From the NCBI GenBank assembly GCA_965232515.1, contig CBDDPY010000002.1, forward strand, positions 5,408,001-5,472,000: a stretch of 64,000 nucleotides of DNA, written 5' to 3'. How positions within the stretch are numbered: position 1 is the stretch's first letter; every line of letters begins with the position of its first letter. Under the pieces are notes generated by a model, which was not told the origin of the DNA, made no database searches, and saw only the letters and a list, made by a program, of their open reading frames with translations. Positions 47,794-56,682 of this stretch are shown one piece after another. The translations under genes and the position numbers were made by a program. Source of the DNA: Alphaproteobacteria bacterium. Its GTDB lineage: Bacteria > Pseudomonadota > Alphaproteobacteria > GCA-2731375.

Positions 47794-48981
47794 ATGGACC
47801 CCCTTGATCACCGCGCCATCGGCAACGAGATGGACCTGTTCCACCAGCAGGAGGAGGGCGCCGGCCAGGTATTCTGGCACCCGCGCGGCTTCGCCCTCTA
47901 TCAGGTCGTGGAGAGCTATATCCGCAAGCGCATGCGGCAGGCCGGCTTTCGCGAGGTGCGCACCCCGCAATTGCTGGCCCGCGGCTTGTGGGAGCGCAGC
48001 GGCCACTGGGAAAAGTTCGGCGAGAATATGTTTGCCCTCGACGACGGCCACCAGACCCTGGCCCTCAAACCCATGAGCTGTCCCGGCCATATCCAGATCT
48101 TCAACAAGCGCGTGCGCTCGTTCCGCGATCTGCCGCTGCGCCTCGCCGAGTTCGGCGCCTGCCACCGCAATGAGCCGTCGGGCGCGTTGCAGGGCCTGAT
48201 GCGCACCCGCGCCTTCGTCCAGGACGACGCGCACGTATTCTGCGCGCCCGAACAGATCGCGCCCGAGGTGGCGCGGTTCTGCGGCCTGTTGCGGCAAATC
48301 TATGCCGACTTCGGCTTCGACGAGATGATCGTCGGTTTCTCGACCCGGCCCGAGGTGCGCGCCGGCGAGGATTCCGTTTGGGATCAGGCCGAGGCGGCGT
48401 TGGAACAAGCGGCGCGGTCGGCCGGTGTCGACCACCGCTTGCAGCCGGGCGAGGGCGCCTTCTACGGGCCGAAGCTCGACTTCTCGCTGCGCGACAACCG
48501 GGGTCGCGAATGGCAGTGCGGCACCGTGCAGGTCGATCTCGTCCTGCCCGAACGGCTCGACGCGGCATATGTCGATTCCGACAACAGCCGGCGCCGGCCC
48601 GTGATCCTGCACCACGCCGTGCTGGGCAGCATCGAGCGCTTCATCGGCGTGCTGCTGGAGCACCATCAGGGCCGCCTGCCGCTCTGGCTTGCGCCCGAGC
48701 AGATCACGATCGCCAGCATCGCCGAGGCGCAGGCGGACTATGCCGCCGCGGTCGCCGACCGTTTCGCCGAGGCTGGCTTCCGTCCCGCCCTCGACGCGCG
48801 CCCGGTCCGCTTGCCGCGAAAGATTGTCGACGCGCATGCCGCTGGCATACCCCTGCTCGCCGCGGTCGGCGCGCGCGAGGCGAAGGCGGACAGCATCGCG
48901 CTGCGTGGCAATGGCGCCGACAATGAGGTGATCGCCATTGACGTCGCCCTCGACCGCCTGCGGCCGGACGCGTTTCGCTGA
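47794..48981 (+). CDS. thrS: Threonine--tRNA ligase, short form lacking N-terminal TGS/editing domains
   Basis: Begins at DHR.IG.EMDLF; SGHW, KPMSCPGH, HRNEPSGAL.GLMR.R.F.QDDAH, GEGAFYGPK, WQCGTVQ, H.A.LGSIERF, LP.WLAP; start ATG 47794 (GGAG) or 47782. Confidence 0.93.
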   Translation: MDPLDHRAIGNEMDLFHQQEEGAGQVFWHPRGFALYQVVESYIRKRMRQAGFREVRTPQLLARGLWERSGHWEKFGENMFALDDGHQTLALKPMSCPGHIQIFNKRVRSFRDLPLRLAEFGACHRNEPSGALQGLMRTRAFVQDDAHVFCAPEQIAPEVARFCGLLRQIYADFGFDEMIVGFSTRPEVRAGEDSVWDQAEAALEQAARSAGVDHRLQPGEGAFYGPKLDFSLRDNRGREWQCGTVQVDLVLPERLDAAYVDSDNSRRRPVILHHAVLGSIERFIGVLLEHHQGRLPLWLAPEQITIASIAEAQADYAAAVADRFAEAGFRPALDARPVRLPRKIVDAHAAGIPLLAAVGAREAKADSIALRGNGADNEVIAIDVALDRLRPDAFR

Positions 48982-49020
48982 CGGTTGTCGCGGGATTCGA
49001 AACCGCGTTAGCCTCGGCGC

Positions 49021-50394
49021 ATGTTGTCGCCGCTCGCCGACCGCACCTATCGCCGACTGTTCACGGCGCAGGTCATCGCGCTCGCCGGCACCGGGCTCTC
49101 GACCGTGGCGCTGGCGCTGCTCGCCTACGAGCTTGCCGGCGGCGCGGCGGGCGCGGTGCTGGGCACGGCGCTGGCGCTGAAGATGGTGGCCTATGTGGGC
49201 ATCGCGCCCGTCGTCGGCGGTTTCGCGCACCGGCTGCCGCGGCGCGGCCTGCTGATCGGGCTCGATATTCTGCGCGCGGGCTGCGTCGCCTGCCTGCCGT
49301 TCGTCACCGAGGTCTGGCAGATCTATCTGCTGATCTTCCTCCTGAACGCCGGCTCCGCCGGTTTCACGCCAACGTTCCAGGCGACGATACCCGACGTGCT
49401 GACCGACGAGGCGCGTTATACCAGGGCGTTGTCGCTGTCGCGCCTCGCCTACGATCTCGAAAACCTGTTGAGCCCGACGCTGGCCGCGGCCGCGCTGCTG
49501 GTGCTGAGCTACGACGCGCTGTTTGCCGCCAACGCGTTGGCATTCCTAGCCTCGGCGGCCTTGGTGTTCTCCGTGCGGCTGCCGTCGCCGGCGCCGCAGG
49601 AGCGCGGTCGCGGCGTCTGGCGCAACCTGACGTTCGGATTGGCGGTCTATCTGAAGACGCCGCGTCTGCGCGGCCTGCTGGCGCTGTCGCTGGCGGTGGC
49701 GTCGGCCGGCGCCATGGTCATCGTCAACACCGTGATCTATGTGCGCGAGGGCTTGAGCGGCGGCGAGAGCGCGACGGCGCTTGCCTTCGCCGCGGCTGGC
49801 GGCGGCTCGATGATCGTGGCCCTGCTGCTGCCGCGGCTGCTCGACCGCCTGCCCGACCGGCCCTTCATGCTGCTGGGCGGCATGCTCCTGGGCCTGGGGT
49901 TGCTCATGGGTTTGGCGAAGCCGGACATGACCGGGCTGCTGGCGGTCTGGTTCGTGCTGGGCGTCGGCATGTCGTTCGTGCAGACGCCGGCCGGCCGGCT
50001 GCTGCGGCGCTCGGCCCATGCCGGCGACCGGCCGGCGGTCTATGCCGCGCAGTTCGCGCTGTCGCACGCCTGCTGGCTGCTGGCCTATCCATTGGCCGGC
50101 TGGCTCGGCGGCACGCTCGGCCTGCCGTTGACCTTCGCCGTGCTGGCCGCTCTCGCCCTGTCGGCAACGGTGCTGGCCGTGCTGCTCTGGCCGGCGACGG
50201 ACCCCGAAGAGCTCATGCACGAGCACGGCGCCATGGCGCACGCGCACCTGCATGTGCACGACGAGCATCATCAGCACGCACATGAAGGCTGGGAAGGACC
50301 GGAACCGCACAGCCACCCGCACCGACACGGGCCGGTGCGGCACCGCCATGCCTATGTGATCGACCTGCACCACCCGGCCTGGCCGGGCCGATGA
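49021..50394 (+). CDS. MFS transporter, NreB-like, with His-rich C-terminal tail
   Basis: YRRLFTAQVIAL.GTGL.TVAL, KMVAYV, FTPTFQATIPD, SRLAYDLE, FALSHACWL; tail HEHGAMAHAHLHVHDEHHQHAH...HSHPHRH...DLHHPAWP. Confidence 0.88.
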   Translation: MLSPLADRTYRRLFTAQVIALAGTGLSTVALALLAYELAGGAAGAVLGTALALKMVAYVGIAPVVGGFAHRLPRRGLLIGLDILRAGCVACLPFVTEVWQIYLLIFLLNAGSAGFTPTFQATIPDVLTDEARYTRALSLSRLAYDLENLLSPTLAAAALLVLSYDALFAANALAFLASAALVFSVRLPSPAPQERGRGVWRNLTFGLAVYLKTPRLRGLLALSLAVASAGAMVIVNTVIYVREGLSGGESATALAFAAAGGGSMIVALLLPRLLDRLPDRPFMLLGGMLLGLGLLMGLAKPDMTGLLAVWFVLGVGMSFVQTPAGRLLRRSAHAGDRPAVYAAQFALSHACWLLAYPLAGWLGGTLGLPLTFAVLAALALSATVLAVLLWPATDPEELMHEHGAMAHAHLHVHDEHHQHAHEGWEGPEPHSHPHRHGPVRHRHAYVIDLHHPAWPGR

Positions 50395-50404
50395 GGCGCG
50401 CTGG

Positions 50405-51796
50405 TCAGGCGCGTTTCTCTTCTTGCGCGGTGTCCGCTTGCGCATCGGAGGTCAGCAGGCGGCTCGCGGGAAAACGGATCTCGACCGTCGTGCCGGCGCC
50501 CAGCTTCGAGTTGATGTGCAGATTGCCGCCCATCATCTCGACGAAGGACTTCGCCAGCGGCAGACCGAGCCCGGTGCCGTCCTGCGTTCGCGCGAACAGG
50601 CTTTCGCCCTGCTCGAACGGCTGCAGCAGCCGCGGCACCTGATCCGCCGCCATGCCGACGCCCTGATCGCTGACCCGCAGCACACAGTCGCCCGTGGCCT
50701 CGATGGCGGCCGTTAGCAGCACGGTGCCGCCAGCTTCCGAATACTTGATCGCATTCGACAGCAGGTTCAGGACCGCCTGCTTCAACAGCCGGCCATCGGC
50801 GCGCAGCCGGGGCAGCTCGGTCGGCCGCGCGGCGCGGATGTTGACGCCGTTCTGGTCGGCGATGGCGCTCACCATCCTGGCCAGGGAATCGACCAGCGCC
50901 GCCAGGTCGACATCCTCCTCGCGCAGGCGCCAGTGCCCGTCCTTGACCTTCGAGAGGTCGAGCAGGTCGTTGACCACCGATAACAGATGCCGGCCGCTGG
51001 CGTGGATCTCCTCGGCGTAGTCGGCGTATTCGCCGCGGCCGACGGGGCCGAACAGCTCGCGCCGGATGGTGTCCGAGAAGCCCAGGATGGCGTGCAGCGG
51101 CGTGCGCAGCTCATGGCTCATATGGGTCAGGAACGCGGACTTGGCCTCGTCGGCGGCCTGCGCCGCGTCCCGCGCCTCGATCAACTCGGCCTCCGCCGCC
51201 TTCGCCGCCGTGACGTCGCGGCCGCTGCCGCGGTAGCCCCGGAAATTGCCGTCGCCATCGAAAATCGGCCTGCCGCTGACGCTGAACCACCGTTGCCGAC
51301 CGTCCGGCAGCTCGATGCCGTAGATCAGGTCGGTGAACGGCTCTCGGGCCTGTACAGTCTCGAGATGCGGCTCGATAAATTCGGCCGTGACGAAGCGGCG
51401 CAGCAGATCGCCGCGGCGGCAGCCGATCAGTTGCGCCGCGTTCGTGCCGTTGACGGTCGTGAAGCGTTCCGAGAGGTGCGTGAAACGATCGTCGGCGTCG
51501 GTCTCCCAGACCCAGTCGGACGCGATATCGGTGATGTCCTTGAAGCGTTGTTCGCTCCGCCGCAGCTCTTCAGTCAGCCGAAATCGGGCCCGGGTTTGTC
51601 GCTTGAGCTCGCGCACCCGGCGAACGGCGAACCAAAGCGATCCGACCAGACAGGCAATCAGCAGCCCGAGCGCCTCGTCGACTTCCCAGGCTTCCTGCGC
51701 CCGCGTGATGTCGTGCCACCACTCGACGAATTCGACCATGTACAGGCCGGTCGCGATGACGGCGGCGATCAGCAGCGCGACCCAGAAATCCCTCAT
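50405..51796 (-). CDS. PAS-domain sensor histidine kinase
   Basis: WEVDE membrane region, ASDWVWETD PAS, GYRGSGRDVT, HMSHELRTPL, NLLSNAIKY, GTGLGL. Confidence 0.9.
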   Translation of the reverse strand: MRDFWVALLIAAVIATGLYMVEFVEWWHDITRAQEAWEVDEALGLLIACLVGSLWFAVRRVRELKRQTRARFRLTEELRRSEQRFKDITDIASDWVWETDADDRFTHLSERFTTVNGTNAAQLIGCRRGDLLRRFVTAEFIEPHLETVQAREPFTDLIYGIELPDGRQRWFSVSGRPIFDGDGNFRGYRGSGRDVTAAKAAEAELIEARDAAQAADEAKSAFLTHMSHELRTPLHAILGFSDTIRRELFGPVGRGEYADYAEEIHASGRHLLSVVNDLLDLSKVKDGHWRLREEDVDLAALVDSLARMVSAIADQNGVNIRAARPTELPRLRADGRLLKQAVLNLLSNAIKYSEAGGTVLLTAAIEATGDCVLRVSDQGVGMAADQVPRLLQPFEQGESLFARTQDGTGLGLPLAKSFVEMMGGNLHINSKLGAGTTVEIRFPASRLLTSDAQADTAQEEKRA

Positions 51797-51985
51797 AACA
51801 CTGTTGCCAGCCAATCGCGACGATGGCGCACGAACGCGCATTTGCCTGCCTCAGTCCGCATCGATCCGGTCCGGACATCGATGCGACCCCCCGGGCCATA
51901 CCCGGCATCGCTTCCAAAGCTAAATATCCACCGGGCGCGCCGAATTGGCAAACGTATTGGCGCCCGCCGTGTTCCGACCGGTGTT

Positions 51986-52486
51986 TCAGTTTGGGACGGT
52001 CAGATCGAGCGTCACCGGCAAGGCGCCTTCTAGTTTTAACAACGCCGCCTTGGTCGGCAGGCCGCCGCCGAAGCCGGTGAGCTTGCCGGTGCTGCCGATG
52101 ACGCGATGGCAGGGGATGACAATCGGCAGCGGATTGGCGCCGTTGGCGGCGCCGACGGCGCGGCTCGCCCTCGGCCGGCCGATGCGGCGGGCGAGCGTTC
52201 CATAGGTCGTGGTCTCGCCATAGGGGATCTTCTGCAAGGTCCGCCACACCTTCAGCTGGAAGGCCGTGCCGCGGGGCGCCAGCGCCAGGTCGAACTCAGT
52301 CAGGCGGCCGCGAAAATAGTCGTCGAGCTGCCGTTTCGCGGCATCGAACGGCGAATCCCGCCGTTCCCAATCGGGTTCGGCCTGCCGGGCCCGGCTGCCG
52401 TCCGGAAAGCTGATCAGCGTCAGGCCGGTCTCGTCGCCGGCCAGCAACAACTGCCCAATCGGGCTATCCATGTGGCTGTAGTACAT
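51986..52486 (-). CDS. ogt: Methylated-DNA--protein-cysteine methyltransferase
   Basis: DSPIG, GTAFQ..VW, IPYGET.TY, RAVGAANG.NP, IPCHRVIG. Confidence 0.95.
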   Translation of the reverse strand: MYYSHMDSPIGQLLLAGDETGLTLISFPDGSRARQAEPDWERRDSPFDAAKRQLDDYFRGRLTEFDLALAPRGTAFQLKVWRTLQKIPYGETTTYGTLARRIGRPRASRAVGAANGANPLPIVIPCHRVIGSTGKLTGFGGGLPTKAALLKLEGALPVTLDLTVPN

Positions 52487-54014
52487 CGTCCTTCGTCTTG
52501 TCCCGTCTTGACGTCGCGGCGGCTTGTATCGCGGCCGATGCGGCGCCGGCATCGCCCTGCCAGAGGTAAATGGCGGCATAGGCGCGCCAGGGCCGCCAGG
52601 CCTCGGCATGGGCGGCAAGCTGTTTCGCGGTCTCGGCAATCCCCAGCGCCTGGGCGGCGCGGATCAAGCCCAGATCGCTCGCCGGGAAGGCGTCGGGCTC
52701 GTGCAGCCAGCGCATGGCCACATATTGCGCCGTCCAGGCGCCGATGCCGGGCAGTTGCGTGAGTTGCCGCTCCAGCTCGGCCGCGTCCAGTGCCGAATCG
52801 AACCGGACCGCGCCGTCGCGCACCGCGGCCGCCAGCGACTGGATCGAGCGCGCCCGGGCCTTCGGCAGGCCGATGCTGGCGACATCGGCGTCGGCCAGCG
52901 CCGCCGGCGTCGGGAACAGCCGCACGGGACCGGCGCCGTTGCCGACGAGCGGTTCACCGAAGGTCTCGGCCAGACGGCCGGCCAATGTCGTTGCGCCCTT
53001 CACCGTTACCTGCTGGCCCAGAATCGCCCGGATCGTCAGCTCGAAACCGTCCCACGCGCCCGGCAGTCGCAGTCCGGGGCGCGCCGCGAGGCGCGGCGCC
53101 ATGGCGGCGTCGCGGCCGAGATGCGCGCCGATCGTCGCCGGATCGCCACCCAGGTCGAACATCTGTCGCACCCGTTCGACGATGCGGAACAGCGCTTTCG
53201 GATCGGGAAAGGCGACGCGCAGCTCCAACTGGTCGGTCTTTACGGCCGGCGACACCGAAACCCGGCCGACCTGACCGTCGAGCCGGATGCTGCGGACATA
53301 GCGGCCTGGCGTCACCTGCTCGACGCCTGGCGTGGCCCGAGCCGTGAGATAGGCCGTGATCGCGTCCCAGTCGTAAGGCGCGCGGTACGGCAGGTTCAGC
53401 ACGAAGTCTTGGTCATCGGCCGTTCGGCCGCGCTGCCGCGCGGCGCGGCGCAGCATGCCCGGCGTGCGCTGATAGGTATCGCGGATCACCGTGTTGAACC
53501 GGCGCAGACTGCCGAAGCCGGCGGACAGCGCCACCTGGGCCAGCGGCAGCTCGGTCTCGTCGATCAGCTTCTTGGCGAACAGCAGCCGCCGGGTTGCGGC
53601 GACGGCGCGCGGCGTGGCGCCGAGATGCCGCCGGAACAGTCGCGTCAGATGCCGCGGCCCGATACCGACCCGCTCGGCGAGCTCGGTGACGTTGCCGTTA
53701 TCCAACGCCCCGTCGGCGATCAGCCGCAGCGCCCGCGAGACCGTCGCCGCCGTCCCGAGCCAGGCTGGCGTGCCCGGCGCCGCCTCAGGCCGGCAGCGCA
53801 GGCAGGGCCGGAATCCGGCTTCTGACGCCGCTGCGGCGGTCGGGAAATACAGCACGTTCTCGGCCTTGGCCGCCCGCACCGGGCAGATCGGCCGGCAGAA
53901 TACGCCCGTCGTCTTGACGCCGATGAAGAACCGCCCATCGAACCGCGGATCGCGCGCCAACCGCGCCCGCTCGCAGACCTCATAGTCAAGCTGTGTCTCG
54001 TGCTGCTCGGCCAT
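52464..54014 (-). CDS. alkA: Ada-AlkA fusion (Ada Zn domain + AraC HTH + 3-methyladenine glycosylase)
   Basis: RDPRFDGRFF.GV.TTGVFCRPIC, GFRPCLRCRP, GFGSLRRFN, RAILGQQV, LPGIGAWTA, DAFP..D, WRPWRAYA. Confidence 0.93.
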   Translation of the reverse strand: MAEQHETQLDYEVCERARLARDPRFDGRFFIGVKTTGVFCRPICPVRAAKAENVLYFPTAAAASEAGFRPCLRCRPEAAPGTPAWLGTAATVSRALRLIADGALDNGNVTELAERVGIGPRHLTRLFRRHLGATPRAVAATRRLLFAKKLIDETELPLAQVALSAGFGSLRRFNTVIRDTYQRTPGMLRRAARQRGRTADDQDFVLNLPYRAPYDWDAITAYLTARATPGVEQVTPGRYVRSIRLDGQVGRVSVSPAVKTDQLELRVAFPDPKALFRIVERVRQMFDLGGDPATIGAHLGRDAAMAPRLAARPGLRLPGAWDGFELTIRAILGQQVTVKGATTLAGRLAETFGEPLVGNGAGPVRLFPTPAALADADVASIGLPKARARSIQSLAAAVRDGAVRFDSALDAAELERQLTQLPGIGAWTAQYVAMRWLHEPDAFPASDLGLIRAAQALGIAETAKQLAAHAEAWRPWRAYAAIYLWQGDAGAASAAIQAAATSRRDKTKDDVLQPHG

Positions 54015-54111
54015 CGCCGCGCGCCACCCTTGGAATCTATCGAATGACGGCCAGCATAGCCCGCGCCGGCAATCCGATCTCGCCGTTTTCGGACCGAGTC
54101 CCCTCGGCCGA

Positions 54112-54906
54112 TTAACGTCCCTTGAAGATCGGCTCGCGCTTTTCGACGAAGGCCTTGGCGGCCTCGCGGTGGTCTTCGGTCATGCCGGTGCGCATGTGGT
54201 GCCAGGCTTCGAGGTCCAGCATCTCGGTCAGGCTGCCGGTCTCGGCCGCGTTCATATTGCGCTTCATGTAGCGATAGGCGACGCGTGGGCCGGCGGCGAG
54301 CTTTGACGCCAGCGCCTGGACCTCGGACGCGAGATCGGCGTCGGGCACGACGCGGTTGACCATGCCGAGGCCGAGCGCCGTCTCGGCGTCGATCAGGTCG
54401 GCGGTGAAATAGAGCTCGCGCGCCTTCGCCGTGCCAACCAGCTGGGTCAGGAAATAGCTGCCGCCGAAATCGCCGGAATAGCCGACGCGCGCGAAGGCGG
54501 TGGTGAATTTGGCGTTGTCCGACGCGATCCGCAAGTCGCACGACAGGCACAATGACAGCCCGGCGCCCGCCGCCGCGCCGCGCACCATGGCGATGGTCGG
54601 CTTCGGCATCTCGTGCAGCCAGCGCGAGGTTTCCATGCGCCGGCGCAGGCCTTGCGCCTTCTCCTCCAGCGAGACGTCGGCGAACTCGGTGCCCTGCGCC
54701 ATGGCCTTGACGTCGCCGCCGGCGCAGAAGGCGTTGCCGGCGCCGGTCAGCACGACCACGCCCACATCAGGGTCATCGGCGAGCCGCGGCAGCGCCTCGC
54801 TCAACGCCGTCAGCATCTCGCCTGACAGCGCGTTACGTCGGTCGGGTCGATTCATGGTCAGCGTGGCGACGCCGTTCTCGATGGTCTCGATCAGGTCTGA
54901 GGTCAT
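54112..54906 (-). CDS. Enoyl-CoA hydratase/isomerase family protein
   Basis: NRPDRRNAL, AFCAGGDV, GAAAGAG, SGDFGGSYFL, DHREA..AF.EKR.P.F.GR. Confidence 0.92.
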   Translation of the reverse strand: MTSDLIETIENGVATLTMNRPDRRNALSGEMLTALSEALPRLADDPDVGVVVLTGAGNAFCAGGDVKAMAQGTEFADVSLEEKAQGLRRRMETSRWLHEMPKPTIAMVRGAAAGAGLSLCLSCDLRIASDNAKFTTAFARVGYSGDFGGSYFLTQLVGTAKARELYFTADLIDAETALGLGMVNRVVPDADLASEVQALASKLAAGPRVAYRYMKRNMNAAETGSLTEMLDLEAWHHMRTGMTEDHREAAKAFVEKREPIFKGR

Positions 54907-54928
54907 GGATGGCTTCCCGTTGATGTCG

Positions 54929-56659
54929 TCAGTCGGCGGCTTGCGGTCCGCGGATCAGCCGGCCCGGCTTGTCGCCGGTGGGCGCGCCGTCCAGATAGGT
55001 CGTCTCGCCGGCGACCACCGTAGCACGGTAACCGTCGGCCCGCTGCAGCAGCCGCCGGCCGCCGGCCGGCAGGTCGCGGACCATCTCGGGCGCGTGCAGG
55101 TGCAGGCGGTCGAAGTCGATGACGTTCAGATCCGCCTTCATGCCGGGCTTCAGCACGCCACGGTCATGCAGGCCATAGGCCCGCGCCGTGTCCTGCGTCT
55201 GCTTCTTCACCGCCTGTTCCAGCCCCAGGCGTGGGCCGCGCGTGCGGTCGCGCACCCAGTGGGTCAGCATGTAGGTCGGCGCGCTGCCGTCGCATATCAG
55301 GCCGCAATGCGCCCCGCCGTCCGACAGGCTGACCAGCGACAGCGGATGCGACAGCATCTCCGACAGCACGCCGAAATCGCCGTCGGCATAATTCAGCAGC
55401 GGGAAATAGATCAGCGCCCGGCCGTCACGCTCCAGCATCCGGTCCAGCAGCTCGGCCTTCGGATCGCGGCCGCCGCGTTGCGCGATGGCGGCGACCGATT
55501 GATCCGGCGTGGGTTCATAGTCCGGCGGATCGCCCAGCGGGAACATGCCGGCATAGTGGCTGAAGACGTAGGATGCGAACTTGCCCGTCATCGTCGTCTG
55601 CTCGGTCAGCAGACGTTCCCGCATCTCCGGTCTCGCCAGTTCGCGCACCCGTTCGGCCAGCGGCCGGTCGGCCAATGCCATATAGGTCGGATGGCCTATG
55701 AAGGGATGGAACGAGGAATCGAAGCCCAGCAGGATGCCGGGCGGTCGCACGCCGACCTGCAGCATCAGGTGGGCGCCGGCGGCGACGGCCTCTTCGGCCC
55801 AATGCGCGATGCGCCGCCATTCCTGCGGGTCCTGCGTCGACTGCGCCAGGATGAAGCTGACGGGCAGGCCGGTCTCGCGCGACAGCTCGCGCATCCAGAT
55901 GACATCATCCTTGAACCGGCCTTCCATGCCGCCGATGCCGAAGTCGGTGGCGATCTCGAAGATGCCGTGGCCGGCGCGCCCGCAGGCGCGACCGATGCCG
56001 ATCAACTCGTCGTGGCCCGCGAACGTACCCGGTACCGGCTCGCCGTCGACGGCCCGGTGCAGCATGGTCCGCGACGACGAAAAGCCGAGCGCGCCGGCTT
56101 TCAGCGCCTGCTCGACAATTCCGGCCATCGCTTCGATATCCGCTTCGCTCGGGTCCTCGTTGCGGGCGCCGCGCTCGCCCATCACGTAGGCGCGGACGGC
56201 GCCGTGCGGCACCTGGGTGCCGACGTCGAGCGCCAGGTCCTTGGCGTCAAGCGCGTCGAGATATTCCGGAAACGACTCCCAGGTCCAGTCGATGCCTTCC
56301 GCCAGCGCCGTGCCGGGAATGTCCTCGACGCCCTCCATCAGACCGATCAGCCAGTCGTGGCGGTCGGGCGCCGCCGGCGCGAAGCCAACGCCGCAATTAC
56401 CCATGACAACGGATGTCACGCCATGCCAGCCGGACGGCGCCAGATACGGGTCCCATGAGACCTGGCCGTCATAATGGGTGTGGATATCGACAAAGCCGGG
56501 CGTCACCAGCAGGCCGTCGGCGTCGATCTCGCGCCGCGCCGGACCGGCCTTGCCGCCGACGTCGACAATCCGGCCATCCCGGATCGCCACATCGCCGTTG
56601 ACTTCAGCCGCGCCGGTGCCGTCGACGATACGCCCCCCGCGGATCACCAGATCGTGCAT
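54929..56659 (-). CDS. N-acyl-D-amino-acid deacylase family amidohydrolase
   Basis: PGFVDIHTHYDGQ, HGVTSVVMGNCGVGFAP, VEDIP, SDGGAH, ADLNVID, DLPAGGRRL. Confidence 0.88.
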   Translation of the reverse strand: MHDLVIRGGRIVDGTGAAEVNGDVAIRDGRIVDVGGKAGPARREIDADGLLVTPGFVDIHTHYDGQVSWDPYLAPSGWHGVTSVVMGNCGVGFAPAAPDRHDWLIGLMEGVEDIPGTALAEGIDWTWESFPEYLDALDAKDLALDVGTQVPHGAVRAYVMGERGARNEDPSEADIEAMAGIVEQALKAGALGFSSSRTMLHRAVDGEPVPGTFAGHDELIGIGRACGRAGHGIFEIATDFGIGGMEGRFKDDVIWMRELSRETGLPVSFILAQSTQDPQEWRRIAHWAEEAVAAGAHLMLQVGVRPPGILLGFDSSFHPFIGHPTYMALADRPLAERVRELARPEMRERLLTEQTTMTGKFASYVFSHYAGMFPLGDPPDYEPTPDQSVAAIAQRGGRDPKAELLDRMLERDGRALIYFPLLNYADGDFGVLSEMLSHPLSLVSLSDGGAHCGLICDGSAPTYMLTHWVRDRTRGPRLGLEQAVKKQTQDTARAYGLHDRGVLKPGMKADLNVIDFDRLHLHAPEMVRDLPAGGRRLLQRADGYRATVVAGETTYLDGAPTGDKPGRLIRGPQAAD

Positions 56660-56682
56660 GACCCCGTCCTTTCGTCAGATAT

